Of a stretch of DNA of 64,000 nucleotides, positions 1-10,592 are shown piece by piece. The first letter of the stretch is position 1. Every line of letters begins with the position of its first letter. Source of the stretch: Promethearchaeia archaeon (GTDB taxonomy: Archaea; Asgardarchaeota; Lokiarchaeia; Sigyniarchaeales; SOKP01); NCBI GenBank assembly GCA_029856145.1, contig JAHQWK010000012.1:96001-160000 (forward strand). Reading direction: 5' to 3'. Below the pieces are notes generated by a model. The model had not been told where the DNA came from and made no database searches. It saw only the letters and a list, made by a program, of their open reading frames with translations. The translations under genes were made by a program, and so were the position numbers.

Positions 1-123
1 GGTGTTACTAGCGTAGAAGACTTAGTTAAAGAAAAACCTGATGAATTATCTACACTAATTAAAGGCGTCTCCGTAGAAAGACTTATAAAATGGATTGAAG
101 AAGGAAAAGAGCTACTAAAATAA
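1..123 (+). CDS. 3' end of a gene cut by the window edge; helix-hairpin-helix/DUF4332-like C-terminus
   Basis: Frame 1 reads GVTSVEDLVKEKPDELSTLIKGVSVERLIKWIEEGKELLK then TAA. Confidence 0.55.
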   Translation, partial: GVTSVEDLVKEKPDELSTLIKGVSVERLIKWIEEGKELLK

Positions 124-264
124 TTTATTACTTTTTTATATTACATTATTATCTTAATAAAAATTCTGGGGTTTCAATCATCTATTACAGAAATTTTATA
201 AATTTTAAATTTATTTTAGAAATAATTTTAATTTTTAAATTAAAGAAAGATATACGGGAAAGAT

Positions 265-762
265 ATGGAATATAATTATTTTGTATATAATAAACCAGAA
301 TGCGGAGTTACAATTAACAAAATGCCAAAGTGGTTTCAAGAAATTGAATATGAAGGTGATGAGAATCAAGGTTTTATTATCTTACATTCTCAAATCGAAT
401 ATGATGAGATTTGGGGTCCGGAATCTAAAATGGAGATAAATTGGGAGAAAAAAGATCGAATAAATCTTTTTTATTATAAAGAAGTTCAAAATTCAATAGA
501 TGTTTACAACGCAATTGGTCTTGTTGTCACAGAAAAAAATAGAGACTGGTTATTGAGTCATGAAATTACATTTTGGTTTGGCCATCGAAATAAAATGATT
601 AGAAAAAGATTTTATCATGAAAGAGGAATACATTGTATTTTTTACTGTGATGTTAGTGAGAGACTTTTTAATATTCATACATCAGTGATCGGGGATAAAT
701 ATGAAAGTTTTAAACCTTATATATTGAATTCTTATAATTCAGTAGTGTGTCATGGGTCTTAG
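265..762 (+). CDS. hypothetical protein
   Basis: 165-aa ORF, no recognised motif. Confidence 0.6.
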   Translation: MEYNYFVYNKPECGVTINKMPKWFQEIEYEGDENQGFIILHSQIEYDEIWGPESKMEINWEKKDRINLFYYKEVQNSIDVYNAIGLVVTEKNRDWLLSHEITFWFGHRNKMIRKRFYHERGIHCIFYCDVSERLFNIHTSVIGDKYESFKPYILNSYNSVVCHGS

Positions 763-1514
763 GATTTTCGAACAAAAACAAAAAAGTTATCTTTGTTAGT
801 AGGTCCACCCGTTATCTTAAACTCTATGATCTTAAAGATTCTCATTAGTTTTTTAAGCTCATGTTTAGAAAAAAAATGATAAAATCGATCATAAGCTTTA
901 TTTTCTTTTGAAAGTGTCCAAGGGACATATTTATCTCCAAATTCTTCTAAACCTATCATTTTTTGTTGGTTCTTATAATCTAAATAAAAATTTCTCTTAA
1001 TCCATTCCCATAGAAAATAATCTCTAAATTTTTTTTGCCATTTACGCCATACTGTCAGGATCAATTTACCTTTTTCTTCTAATGATTCATGCATTTGAAA
1101 TAATGCACTTTTTCTCTCAGATTTTTTCTCTATATGGTGTATTGTAGCAATTGAGAAGATTACATTTATTGAATTTTCTCTAATAGGAAGATTAGCAATA
1201 TCACTATGAATAAGCTGAAAAAACTTTGATTCATAAGAAGAAAATTGATCAACATTTTTTAAATCTGAATTTGCGATCTTTAGTAATTTAAGAGAGATAT
1301 CGATCCCTATTAATTTACTTGGAGGATTATTCATTGTCTTAAAATTTCTGCCATTAGCACACCCTAGATCTAAAATTATTCCTTCAAAGCAATATCCTTT
1401 ATTTTTCAAAAAGTCTAAGAAAAACTCAAGTGGCCGCCATGGCTTTTTTCGTTTTGAATGATAATCTTTTGCAATGTTATTAAAACATGAACCCTCCATA
1501 AAATAGATGCTCAC
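759..1514 (-). CDS. class I SAM-dependent methyltransferase, Trm9/ALKBH8-like tRNA methyltransferase
   Basis: LDLGCANG motif I, GIDIS, SIATIHHI, VPW...RFYHFFS..EL. Confidence 0.75.
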   Translation of the reverse strand: MSIYFMEGSCFNNIAKDYHSKRKKPWRPLEFFLDFLKNKGYCFEGIILDLGCANGRNFKTMNNPPSKLIGIDISLKLLKIANSDLKNVDQFSSYESKFFQLIHSDIANLPIRENSINVIFSIATIHHIEKKSERKSALFQMHESLEEKGKLILTVWRKWQKKFRDYFLWEWIKRNFYLDYKNQQKMIGLEEFGDKYVPWTLSKENKAYDRFYHFFSKHELKKLMRIFKIIEFKITGGPTNKDNFFVFVRKS

Positions 1515-1604
1515 GATATTTCTTTTAAAATATAAATGATAATATGATAATATTGATATATAATTTTCAATATATATTATTGAATGAAATAAGAATATTG
1601 AGAC

Positions 1605-3257
1605 ATGAAAGAAATTACTGATATTCTATCTGTTTTTTTTAATATATTTAGGAACGATATCCTCGAATACTATCAGAAAAGTTATTCTTACTTAAAAGAT
1701 CTTATTGTATATAAAAAAATAGATTTGAATAAACAAATTGAAACTGAGAATGAAAAGCAGATAACAAATACTCTCGAAAAAATGTTAAAAGCCATCAAAA
1801 CTGGTTTAAATACAATTGGTATACCAATAAAACAGTTAAACGAAAATCAAAAAAAGTTTTTGGACACTCTTAGTAAAGAAAGAGCTGTAATCTATGATTA
1901 TAATTCCTATTTTGAGATATATTTGCAAAATTATGTAAATATTTTGTTATTCGAAATTTTAATCGAGTATCTACTCAATATTGATGAAAAAAAATTAGAG
2001 AATATAAATTTATTTGATCTATTACCCCCATATTTTATTTCAAAATTAAATGAATTTAAGAGGAGTCATTTTGGCAATATAGACATTGTTGAAATGTTTA
2101 AACAACAAAATTATAAAAATTATATTAATTTCAGAGATTTAACAATAGTTAAACCTAAGAAGATTTCAGAAGATACTATATTAGATCAATTAAGAGAAGC
2201 AAAAGAGGGTTTTATAGAAACACTTAAAATTCCTAAGAAAGAAGTATTAAGACAATCAACTGAAATAATAAAAGAAGAGATAAATTTAAAAAAAAAAAAT
2301 TCTCAAATTAAAGTTAGCAGACCCATTCCCCAAATGGAACACGATTTAAGTATTGTGTTGAATACTAACACATCCCTGGATTATTTTGGAAACTGTACAC
2401 CAATACATCCTGAAATAATTAATAAATTTAATATTGATAAATTAAGTCTTATAAATTCAAAAATAGTAAATCGGGATTATTTTGATTTAGAGAGTTTATT
2501 TTATTATGTCTCTATTCTTAAAATGCTAAATCTTGAATTCCCCTTTAGCCATACGGAAATTCTAGAAATAATGAAGAACTTTATAAATAGATGGGTATTT
2601 AGTTCTTCAATAGATAATATACCAGATTCAATCAATAATTTTTATGGTCTTGCAATTTTTTCAGAATTGGACTTGCTAAATAAAATAAATATTATCGATC
2701 TTCAAGAAATTGAAAATTTTATTATAGCAGATTTAGAGAAGTTCATTCCTGAAAAATTAGAATTAAATCTGTATTCTCTTTTATGTATAAAATTAATAAT
2801 AAAAATGCAAAAAAAATTATTAGAGAGAAAATTAAATCTGGAATCAATATCTGATTTAAAGTTATTAGGGATGGTAAATTTAAAGCCTACTTTAGATATT
2901 TTTAATCATTTATCATCATTAAAGTTATTAGGGAAAGAAGAAAATATCAATAATTTGAAAATAACATATGCTTATGAGATAAAGAAATTGATTATTTCAA
3001 ATGGGTCTATTGGTGATTTAGTTACCGAATCAGCAAGAGCGTTGCTGATTTTTGATTTACTTAATTTAAAAGAAGCTGAACCAGAGTTATGCAACAATTT
3101 ATTCAATTTTATATTAACTAAGACAAGTTTCTTTATTACAGAAAATCTTGATACAAAATTTAATTGGCGTAGTGATAAATTAGGTTTTAAAATAGAATTG
3201 CAAATGCTATATTGGGCATTATTAGCTAGTTCTGTATATACTCCTAGGAGTAATTAG
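1605..3257 (+). CDS. hypothetical protein, helical C-terminal half
   Basis: 550-aa ORF; only faint resemblance to prenyltransferase-like alpha-barrel repeats. Confidence 0.6.
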   Translation: MKEITDILSVFFNIFRNDILEYYQKSYSYLKDLIVYKKIDLNKQIETENEKQITNTLEKMLKAIKTGLNTIGIPIKQLNENQKKFLDTLSKERAVIYDYNSYFEIYLQNYVNILLFEILIEYLLNIDEKKLENINLFDLLPPYFISKLNEFKRSHFGNIDIVEMFKQQNYKNYINFRDLTIVKPKKISEDTILDQLREAKEGFIETLKIPKKEVLRQSTEIIKEEINLKKKNSQIKVSRPIPQMEHDLSIVLNTNTSLDYFGNCTPIHPEIINKFNIDKLSLINSKIVNRDYFDLESLFYYVSILKMLNLEFPFSHTEILEIMKNFINRWVFSSSIDNIPDSINNFYGLAIFSELDLLNKINIIDLQEIENFIIADLEKFIPEKLELNLYSLLCIKLIIKMQKKLLERKLNLESISDLKLLGMVNLKPTLDIFNHLSSLKLLGKEENINNLKITYAYEIKKLIISNGSIGDLVTESARALLIFDLLNLKEAEPELCNNLFNFILTKTSFFITENLDTKFNWRSDKLGFKIELQMLYWALLASSVYTPRSN

Positions 3258-3337
3258 ACTAAATGTATTTTCTAATAATTAAAATTTTAAATTTGGATAA
3301 AAATTGACTAATTTTAAATGAAAAAGAAATGTGAATA

Positions 3338-3958
3338 TTAAGAATCATCTAATTTAAAAATTGTAAGAAGAAATTTCTTAACCGTCGAGATAATCTTCCC
3401 TTTTTTGACCATATCATTCCATTCTTCTATTACTTTATAATTCCTTTCTAATTCTTCTAAAGTTTTTTCACCAAAAATTATCCATTTTTCATAGTTTATC
3501 AGAGGGGCTTCATCACTAATGCCAGGACAATATTGCTTTCCCTTTTCAGTATAGATTATTTCTATTTTTTTCCTATTTTCTTTATTCTTCTCATCTAATA
3601 ATCTAAATGAAAAGGGGAATGTTCGACAAAACATCGGCCTCAATTTATAAATTAAACATTTTTTCTTTATTGAATTGTAGAAATAACATCCTCCTAAGCT
3701 GTTTTTACGAAGAGCCACAAACGCTAAACCTTTTTCTGTTTCTATAGGAGTAATGACCATTCTTTTTGTATCTTCATTAGTAATTTTTTTTTCATAAATA
3801 TAAAATCCTAGTAGATTAAGTACTTCCTTAAGATCTAATTTCAAACCATTCTTAATTCTTAATATATCTATATATGTTAGATTCACTATTGTATCTTTAT
3901 CAGTACAGCAATTGCCACACCTAGTACACACAAATCTTAAATTCTTCAAATTATTCAT
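3338..3958 (-). CDS. YkgJ family cysteine-cluster (Zn/Fe-chelating) protein
   Basis: FVCTRCGNCC, CYFY, CLIYKLRPMFCRTFPF, CPG. Confidence 0.85.
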   Translation of the reverse strand: MNNLKNLRFVCTRCGNCCTDKDTIVNLTYIDILRIKNGLKLDLKEVLNLLGFYIYEKKITNEDTKRMVITPIETEKGLAFVALRKNSLGGCYFYNSIKKKCLIYKLRPMFCRTFPFSFRLLDEKNKENRKKIEIIYTEKGKQYCPGISDEAPLINYEKWIIFGEKTLEELERNYKVIEEWNDMVKKGKIISTVKKFLLTIFKLDDS

Positions 3959-3999
3959 TGGAAAAATAAAAGAAAAAAAAAGGATATTTTTTAAGGAAC

Positions 4000-6900
4000 T
4001 TAATTACTTAATGGTATAATTATTTTTTGTTTGATTAAATTTTCAATTGCTTCAATAATTAGATCTTTATTTTCTTCATGGACTAATTCAACAATATGAT
4101 TTATATCCGTAATCAAATTATCTTTCGACATTGATTGGAGAACATTAACTACTCGCATTTCCATCTTTGTTAATTTTTTTTCTTTTTTCATTGTAATGAT
4201 GTTAATATCACCCGATAGTCTAAAGGACTCTTTGTAATAGAGATCAAAATATTCATTTATTATCTGGGGAACAATTATTTCAAAATCATCAAGAGCACCA
4301 TCCCAGTTTTCTAATTCTGCAGAAAGCTTCAGATTAAGAGCTAAAACAAGATTTGATAATTCACTTTTTAATCTTTCTGAAGATCTTTCCTTTAGAATAA
4401 AAACTACTCTTATATCTTCAATATCTGCAATTAAGCAATAGAATTGTTTAAAGTTCAATTCAATCATTTTCTGAACCCCATAACTTTTTTCGGCTTGACT
4501 AGTCTCTGACTTTGTTATCTCCTTTTCAGCAAATTCTTCACCAATCATTGTAATTGCCTGAATAAATCCGGCGAAAAGTTCTTTTTTATGTTTTTCAAGA
4601 ATAGAATAACTTTTTGAATATATGGGTATACCACTAAGTCTATGAATGACTACAATTGCTTGGATGTTTTTAAGATCTTTAAATCTCTGAGTTTTCGCTA
4701 ATAATTCCGCTTCCTTTTTCCTTTTTCTAGGTAATAGTATGTATGATCTTAAGCTTAAAGCGGCAAATATGGCACCTACGGCTATAGATGCAAATAATAT
4801 TGCCCATAGCCATATGTTTGGTCCTTCTGGAATTGTGGGAGGGTCTATTATCTCAAATTGATATATATGAATTTGAGACTGATAACCTATTGCTGTAAAT
4901 TCAAAGACTAATCGATATACACCTGTTTGATTATAAAATTCAGTACTAAACTCAATAGCATAGATTCCTTCAGATAGATCTCGTATTGTATAATCATCAG
5001 AATTGGTAATATTAACTACAACCTGAGCATTAGGAATTCCTTCATCATCGAATTCTGAATAATAAAAAAATCGTATTGTACTATTTTCATGAATTACTAT
5101 TTCTGAATCCGATTCTAGCCTTTGCAAATTAGTATTTTCTCCTAAGTTTATAAATAGAGTTAAATTACTATTGATAAAACCTATTTTGATTGAATGAATT
5201 ATAATATTATACAATCCATAACCTCCTAAATCAGAAGTATCGAGTATACCTTCATAGATTCCTAAAGCAGCGTCAACTAAATAATTTGTTTCTCCAGTCC
5301 AATTATATGAGATTATCGCATTTGGGATAGATTGACCAGTTTCAGCATCTCTTAAATAAACTCTTAATGGAATTATATCACCAACAGTAGCCCCTGTCTG
5401 ATTATCTAATTTTGCGTCATCTGGCTTTAAAATTGCCAAATAACTATCATGAACTACAATAAAATTAGATTTTAAGCCACCAATTGCGGTGCCATTGCTC
5501 CAAAATAGAGTATAATTATATATACCTCCCACTGAATTTTCTGATGTAAGTGTTATATCTGAAAAAATAACTGTTCCATTTGAATATGGTGTTTTGGATT
5601 CTTGAAACCAAATAGTTCCATTAGGGAAATACATTGTTAAATTAACATTAGTCATATCTAAATTTGCAGGAACTTCATTTGAATAATTTATTTGCGTTTT
5701 AATTTTTGTAGTATCTCCAGTTCTAAATGAAGTTTCTACCCATTCTCCATCTTTAAACATTTTTGTATTATTGTCATCGATATAATTTGGAGATGTAGCC
5801 CTAAATGTCCACCATCCAGGAAAGATGGCATTCGTCTTATTTATTCTTAAATAAGAATCACCAACATCACCTCCTTCAAAACTAATTGATTGGAATGTAG
5901 GATCTAAAACAGAGATGAGCCTCCAGTTAATTGGTTTGCTTACTTCAAATTCAAAGTCAGAATATTGAGAAGGCATATAAAAATTATGAGTAAATTCCCA
6001 GTATACTGAACCATTTTTTAAAATTTGATAAGATACACCTTCTTGTGTTGTTTGCCCTACTTTTGAAGTAGTCTCATGATATCCATAAATTATTGTGTCT
6101 AATTCAAAATTAAGAGAAGGAGATGCCGTTTGCACTGTTAAAATTACTGGATTTGTGTCCCAAGATTCTGTAAAATTTTGATGAGAGATACCCCAATAAT
6201 TGTCATCAATAAGACTTTCCCCATTTATAGTAAGATCAATATCACTTTGAGTTGAATTACACAGAGTAGTTAGAACTAATGAAATGTTATCAAACCAAAA
6301 AATTTGTTGAAATCTGTCATCAAAACCTGAATATGATACTGAAGCACCACTCATAATCCCTACAGATATATTAAATTCAGAAATATCTTGGATTTCATTA
6401 AAAATTGCTGACGTATTACTCCATAGCTCAATATGAATCTTTCCAGTACTATGCCAAATATTTCTTCCCACATCAACTATATCTCCTAGACCTTTAGAAT
6501 AAATCCTTTTATTATTTATTTCACAATAAATAAAATTCTCATTAGAATCCATCGCATAATCTGCATAATAATCAAAACTAATGTAAGCATCGGTAACAGA
6601 TCCTCTTGGTATTGTTATATTTTGATATATCTCAGCATAATCATCTTCATAGTATGTAGCACCCATAGCTCCATCCCTAAATGGATTTCCTATTAAGGTG
6701 ACATACATAGCTGTATTGTTATTAACTTCACCAGGACCAAAATTTCCTCCAAAATTTCCTACTAAAGATCTGTTATTATATCCCCAAGAACTTTTATAGT
6801 TAAAATAATTAGTACTCGCATTATAATATTCATAAAAATCAATATCATAGCCATACCATTGAATAGTACCATCTGAATTAATTGTAATTTTAAATGTATC

Positions 6901-7590
6901 CCCTGTCATCCAGGGTGTAAAGAAATCTGTAGCCATTCCTGTAAAAGTAAAATCAAGATTATTATTATCATCGTAAACACAAAGTAAATCCCAATCCCTC
7001 TCAATTTCTATTCTCGAAAAGTGTAATCTCATTGCGCTGGCGCCACTTTTACTTATTGTGCTATGAATATTGGAAGGATTACTAGGATCATTATCCAAAC
7101 TATCACTATAATTATGATCAGGAAATCCAGGTGGATCGTTATTTTGAAAGGAAGTATAGTTTCTAAAAGGAATATCTAATTCATAATAATCATTATTCTG
7201 AACCCATTCTCTTGTATCTTGTATATCTCTTATGTTTGTTTGTATTTTTGAAGCTTTCCATTCGTGAATATCATCCAAATAATAATTTAAATTCGTTTCC
7301 GCTTGATTTGATACTGAAATTTCTTGATTAAAATCATAAAGATTTCCAGTGTCATTAATAATCAATGAATCTTCAATTCCTTGAAATAGATATTGTTCCC
7401 CATTAGAAATTTGTACATTTAGATCATATTGGGTAGTATCCTCAAAATTATTGTCTCTATTTAGTATGAATTGTGTGGACCAACATAAGAACTCAGCATT
7501 AATTATTATTATTAAAAAGAGAATTAGTGAAATAAGCAGAGTTTTATATTCTTTCGATTTAAGCATAATTTTTTTTTTTATATTTTTCAA
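4000..7590 (-). CDS. large membrane protein: CUB domain, beta-rich ectodomain, TM helix, cytoplasmic longin-like domain and winged-helix-like end
   Basis: N-terminal hydrophobic segment; CUB-like MRLHFSRIEIERDWDLLCVYD...INSDGTIQWYGY; many N-x-S/T sequons; TM IWLWAILF..LSL followed by RKRKK; IVVIHRLSGIPIY...LFAGFIQAI. Confidence 0.7.
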   Translation of the reverse strand: MKNIKKKIMLKSKEYKTLLISLILFLIIIINAEFLCWSTQFILNRDNNFEDTTQYDLNVQISNGEQYLFQGIEDSLIINDTGNLYDFNQEISVSNQAETNLNYYLDDIHEWKASKIQTNIRDIQDTREWVQNNDYYELDIPFRNYTSFQNNDPPGFPDHNYSDSLDNDPSNPSNIHSTISKSGASAMRLHFSRIEIERDWDLLCVYDDNNNLDFTFTGMATDFFTPWMTGDTFKITINSDGTIQWYGYDIDFYEYYNASTNYFNYKSSWGYNNRSLVGNFGGNFGPGEVNNNTAMYVTLIGNPFRDGAMGATYYEDDYAEIYQNITIPRGSVTDAYISFDYYADYAMDSNENFIYCEINNKRIYSKGLGDIVDVGRNIWHSTGKIHIELWSNTSAIFNEIQDISEFNISVGIMSGASVSYSGFDDRFQQIFWFDNISLVLTTLCNSTQSDIDLTINGESLIDDNYWGISHQNFTESWDTNPVILTVQTASPSLNFELDTIIYGYHETTSKVGQTTQEGVSYQILKNGSVYWEFTHNFYMPSQYSDFEFEVSKPINWRLISVLDPTFQSISFEGGDVGDSYLRINKTNAIFPGWWTFRATSPNYIDDNNTKMFKDGEWVETSFRTGDTTKIKTQINYSNEVPANLDMTNVNLTMYFPNGTIWFQESKTPYSNGTVIFSDITLTSENSVGGIYNYTLFWSNGTAIGGLKSNFIVVHDSYLAILKPDDAKLDNQTGATVGDIIPLRVYLRDAETGQSIPNAIISYNWTGETNYLVDAALGIYEGILDTSDLGGYGLYNIIIHSIKIGFINSNLTLFINLGENTNLQRLESDSEIVIHENSTIRFFYYSEFDDEGIPNAQVVVNITNSDDYTIRDLSEGIYAIEFSTEFYNQTGVYRLVFEFTAIGYQSQIHIYQFEIIDPPTIPEGPNIWLWAILFASIAVGAIFAALSLRSYILLPRKRKKEAELLAKTQRFKDLKNIQAIVVIHRLSGIPIYSKSYSILEKHKKELFAGFIQAITMIGEEFAEKEITKSETSQAEKSYGVQKMIELNFKQFYCLIADIEDIRVVFILKERSSERLKSELSNLVLALNLKLSAELENWDGALDDFEIIVPQIINEYFDLYYKESFRLSGDINIITMKKEKKLTKMEMRVVNVLQSMSKDNLITDINHIVELVHEENKDLIIEAIENLIKQKIIIPLSN

Positions 7591-7713
7591 AAATATCCCC
7601 TAAATTAGAGAATCAGTATATATTTTATGTAATAAAAATAAAGTTTCATAAATTTAAATGATTGTAACTACTATTCTGTCCTAAAATCTCAAATATTACT
7701 CGGTATTTCTTAT

Positions 7714-8028
7714 TTAATTTGGTAGGAATTCCTCTTTTAAATCTTCAATTAAAAATCGTTTATCTTTTTGAGATATACGATTGATATTAACACCACGATT
7801 GTTGTAAATATCAGGAGGGATATCCTCAAATAATGAAAGAATTAAAATTAAAGCATTTGTGACTAGAGTACGGTTTTGGGATCCTTCAAGAAATTTCATA
7901 AGCTCTATTATTGATTTATTTTTCCAAATTTCTATTTCTTCTCGAGTTACTTTTTCTTTTTGAAAATAATCTATAATTTTCAAATATAAATCTAATTCAA
8001 GTTCATCGCTATGAGTATTAATTTTCAT
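7714..8028 (-). CDS. hypothetical protein
   Basis: 104-aa ORF. Confidence 0.55.
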   Translation of the reverse strand: MKINTHSDELELDLYLKIIDYFQKEKVTREEIEIWKNKSIIELMKFLEGSQNRTLVTNALILILSLFEDIPPDIYNNRGVNINRISQKDKRFLIEDLKEEFLPN

Positions 8029-8451
8029 CTTTTCTTAGCTTTTTCTTACTTTCTAATTATTTAAACTTAAAACATATTTTTAAACACATTCATTTCATCA
8101 ATTTTGTGTGATGATATTCCGCACAAATTTGTAATACTTTATATTTATTCCACCGGATACGTATAAAACCTTAAAATTTTAATGCAAATATTTTGTGTGT
8201 AAAAAAACCTGTGATATCCTAATATTAAATCTTCCAGCTATTTTATTTTCCGTTATAATATATAGATATCATTATACTTCAGTGAAGCAAGAATCTGATG
8301 AAATTTATCGACATAATTTCTTTTTAATTAGTTCTCTATAGAATATTTTATAGAAAGAACTAATTTTTATCTCATTCCAATCTTATAAACAGGTTTCTTA
8401 TTTTAAGAAGATAGATTAGATTTACTATCTAGAGTAGAGTTTATAAAAAGT

Positions 8452-8589
8452 GGGGTGAATATAGATTCTTTTTTAAAGGAATTATTGTGTTTTCCTATTT
8501 TTAGTATTAAATGTACTTAATTATGAGCCTAATGGATGCATTAGCTTTTTAGGTACATTGTATATACGTATTCGTCTATATATCACCCC
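8452..8589 (+). ncRNA. candidate structured non-coding RNA or inverted-repeat element
   Basis: Nested stems GGGGTGA-ATATAGAT/GTCTATAT-ATCACCCC, AATGTACTTAA/TTAGGTACATT and CTAATG/CATTAG inside a 700-bp ORF-free gap. Confidence 0.3.
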
Positions 8590-8726
8590 TTATTTTAAGA
8601 GAATGATTTTATTTCTGCAATTCAATAATAAGACAAATCTGTATATAAACCTTTTCTTGTGATTTAAATTTAGTAAATAACTTCTAATTCAGTATAAGTA
8701 GTTAAAAAAATAATATTGATAAAAAA

Positions 8727-9836
8727 TTAGATTTTCCACTTACCTTCTTCATAGATAACTTTATCATCAACTAGAATTTTAGAACCCGGGAGGCTCATAT
8801 CTTTTAATATATCCCAATGTATCCCACACTTATTTTTTGAACCCGCCTCTTCAATTCCAGATCCAAGAGCGCAATGAATCGTTCCTCCCATTTTTTCATC
8901 GAAAAGCATGTTTTTTGTAAATTGAGTGATACCATAATTAGTCCCAATAGCAAATTCACCCAATATATCAGCATTTTCAATTTTTAATAGTTCTTTTAAT
9001 AGTTCATCGCCCTTATCTGCTGAGGATTTTATTACTTTTCCATCCTTGAACTCCAAATATATATTCTGGATTTCTTTCCCTTGAAATATACCTGGATAAG
9101 TAAACCGAATATGACCATTTACAGAATCTTCTATTGGAGCACTTAGAACTTCTCCATCAGGCAAATTTAAATGACCACATTCATTTACCCATATTCTATC
9201 TTTAACTGACATTGTTAAATCAGTATCTTCACCAATTATTTGGATTTTTTCAGTATTTTTTAAGTGTTTACAGATGTCATCTTGTCTTTTCTCCATCTCT
9301 AACCATTCATTTACAGGTTCTTCTTTATCTAGAAACAAAGCTTTCTCTATAAACTTAAAATAAGAAAATAAATCTACATTTGCTTCTTGAGCAAAGGCAT
9401 TGCATGGGAAAGGTAAAAGAAGATATTTTAATTCCTTATTACCTATTCTCTCCATCAAGATGTCCCAAATCTCCCTATTAGCTGGTGATCCTTGAACTTT
9501 TGATAACAATTTTGGATCAACCAAACTCATTTTACGAGTATTATAATCTCCAGATATTACAATATAGGCATCAAATTCTTTAAGGATGGTTATTTGAATA
9601 GGATCAACATAAAGTAATTGTTCTTCAGAGGCATATTTTAGTTTTAATTCTTGTGTTCCTTCAATTCCCACATTGAGAAGAGGATAACCTCCAGCTTTAA
9701 TTGTTTCAATATATAAAGCTTGGAAAAGCTCTTTTGCTAAAGCTGGACCAGTAATAAGTACTCTATTTCCCTTTTTTATGTTAACAGCGTAATTTACCGC
9801 TAATTTTGCTAACTTTTCATAGAACGAGTTTATCAT
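8727..9836 (-). CDS. aminopeptidase, M29 (AmpS/AmpT) family
   Basis: NLPDGEV, GEFAIG, LFDEKMGGTIHCALG, IHWDI. Confidence 0.92.
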   Translation of the reverse strand: MINSFYEKLAKLAVNYAVNIKKGNRVLITGPALAKELFQALYIETIKAGGYPLLNVGIEGTQELKLKYASEEQLLYVDPIQITILKEFDAYIVISGDYNTRKMSLVDPKLLSKVQGSPANREIWDILMERIGNKELKYLLLPFPCNAFAQEANVDLFSYFKFIEKALFLDKEEPVNEWLEMEKRQDDICKHLKNTEKIQIIGEDTDLTMSVKDRIWVNECGHLNLPDGEVLSAPIEDSVNGHIRFTYPGIFQGKEIQNIYLEFKDGKVIKSSADKGDELLKELLKIENADILGEFAIGTNYGITQFTKNMLFDEKMGGTIHCALGSGIEEAGSKNKCGIHWDILKDMSLPGSKILVDDKVIYEEGKWKI

Positions 9837-10135
9837 ATTTAAACTAATTATTCATGTTTTTTTTAAGTTTATGAAATTAAGACTTAAATAATTTTAAAGA
9901 GAATTAGAATTATCAAAAATAGTTTTAACTAGAAAAAAATTAGTGAAAAATTTTGTCGAAAACAAAAAATTTAGTAGCTATGGCTTTTGATACTGGATAT
10001 ACAATGTCAGATACCTTCATAATCGATGAGAAAGGAGTTTTTATTGTAGGAAAAGCCCAAACAGCCCCAAATAATGAATCTGAAGGAATTTTATGAAAAA
10101 AGGTTAGGAAAAAAAGCACCAGACAAATAGCATTT

Positions 10136-10414
10136 CTAAACTATAGGTGCTTTCAAATCTTTTTTCTGATCATATTTATCAAAATTTTTTTCTTTATACC
10201 AAGAATAAATCCCTAATCCTATTAAGAAAAAAGAAAACGCCAAATAACCACCAAAAAATGTTATACTAATTGTAAACCACCCTATACTAGCAACTCGCTT
10301 AAAAATAATAGCGCAAATTATACCAGTTAAAGCTATAACGCATGATGTGATGCCACAAAATATATCAAAGTAAATTGCTCTACTTTCATCTTTAGATTGC
10401 TTTGTCCTTGCCAT
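10136..10414 (-). CDS. small 2-TM membrane protein
   Basis: Two hydrophobic segments in 92 aa. Confidence 0.55.
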   Translation of the reverse strand: MARTKQSKDESRAIYFDIFCGITSCVIALTGIICAIIFKRVASIGWFTISITFFGGYLAFSFFLIGLGIYSWYKEKNFDKYDQKKDLKAPIV

Positions 10415-10592
10415 AAATTTTCAACCTTTATAAATTCTCATTAACTAGGGCTAATGAGCCCAAGTTAAAAAATTTTCTAGTAATTTAAATAGGGCTTCTT
10501 TGACTTCCATTTTTGACAATAAATGTAAATTTTTTTTTATCAATATTATTTTTATTTATAAATCCGTTATTTAAATGATGATTTGGAAAATT

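Noticed and set aside
2268-2279. Long poly-A run within a CDS (another near 47622)
   Set aside because: Frames are intact and such runs are expected in this AT-rich genome; no evidence for phase variation
9980-10096. 38-codon ORF MAFDTGYTMSDTFIIDEKGVFIVGKAQ... ending in TGA
   Set aside because: Too short, and there is no Cys/Sec-type context around the TGA; at most a remnant of a beta-propeller-like gene
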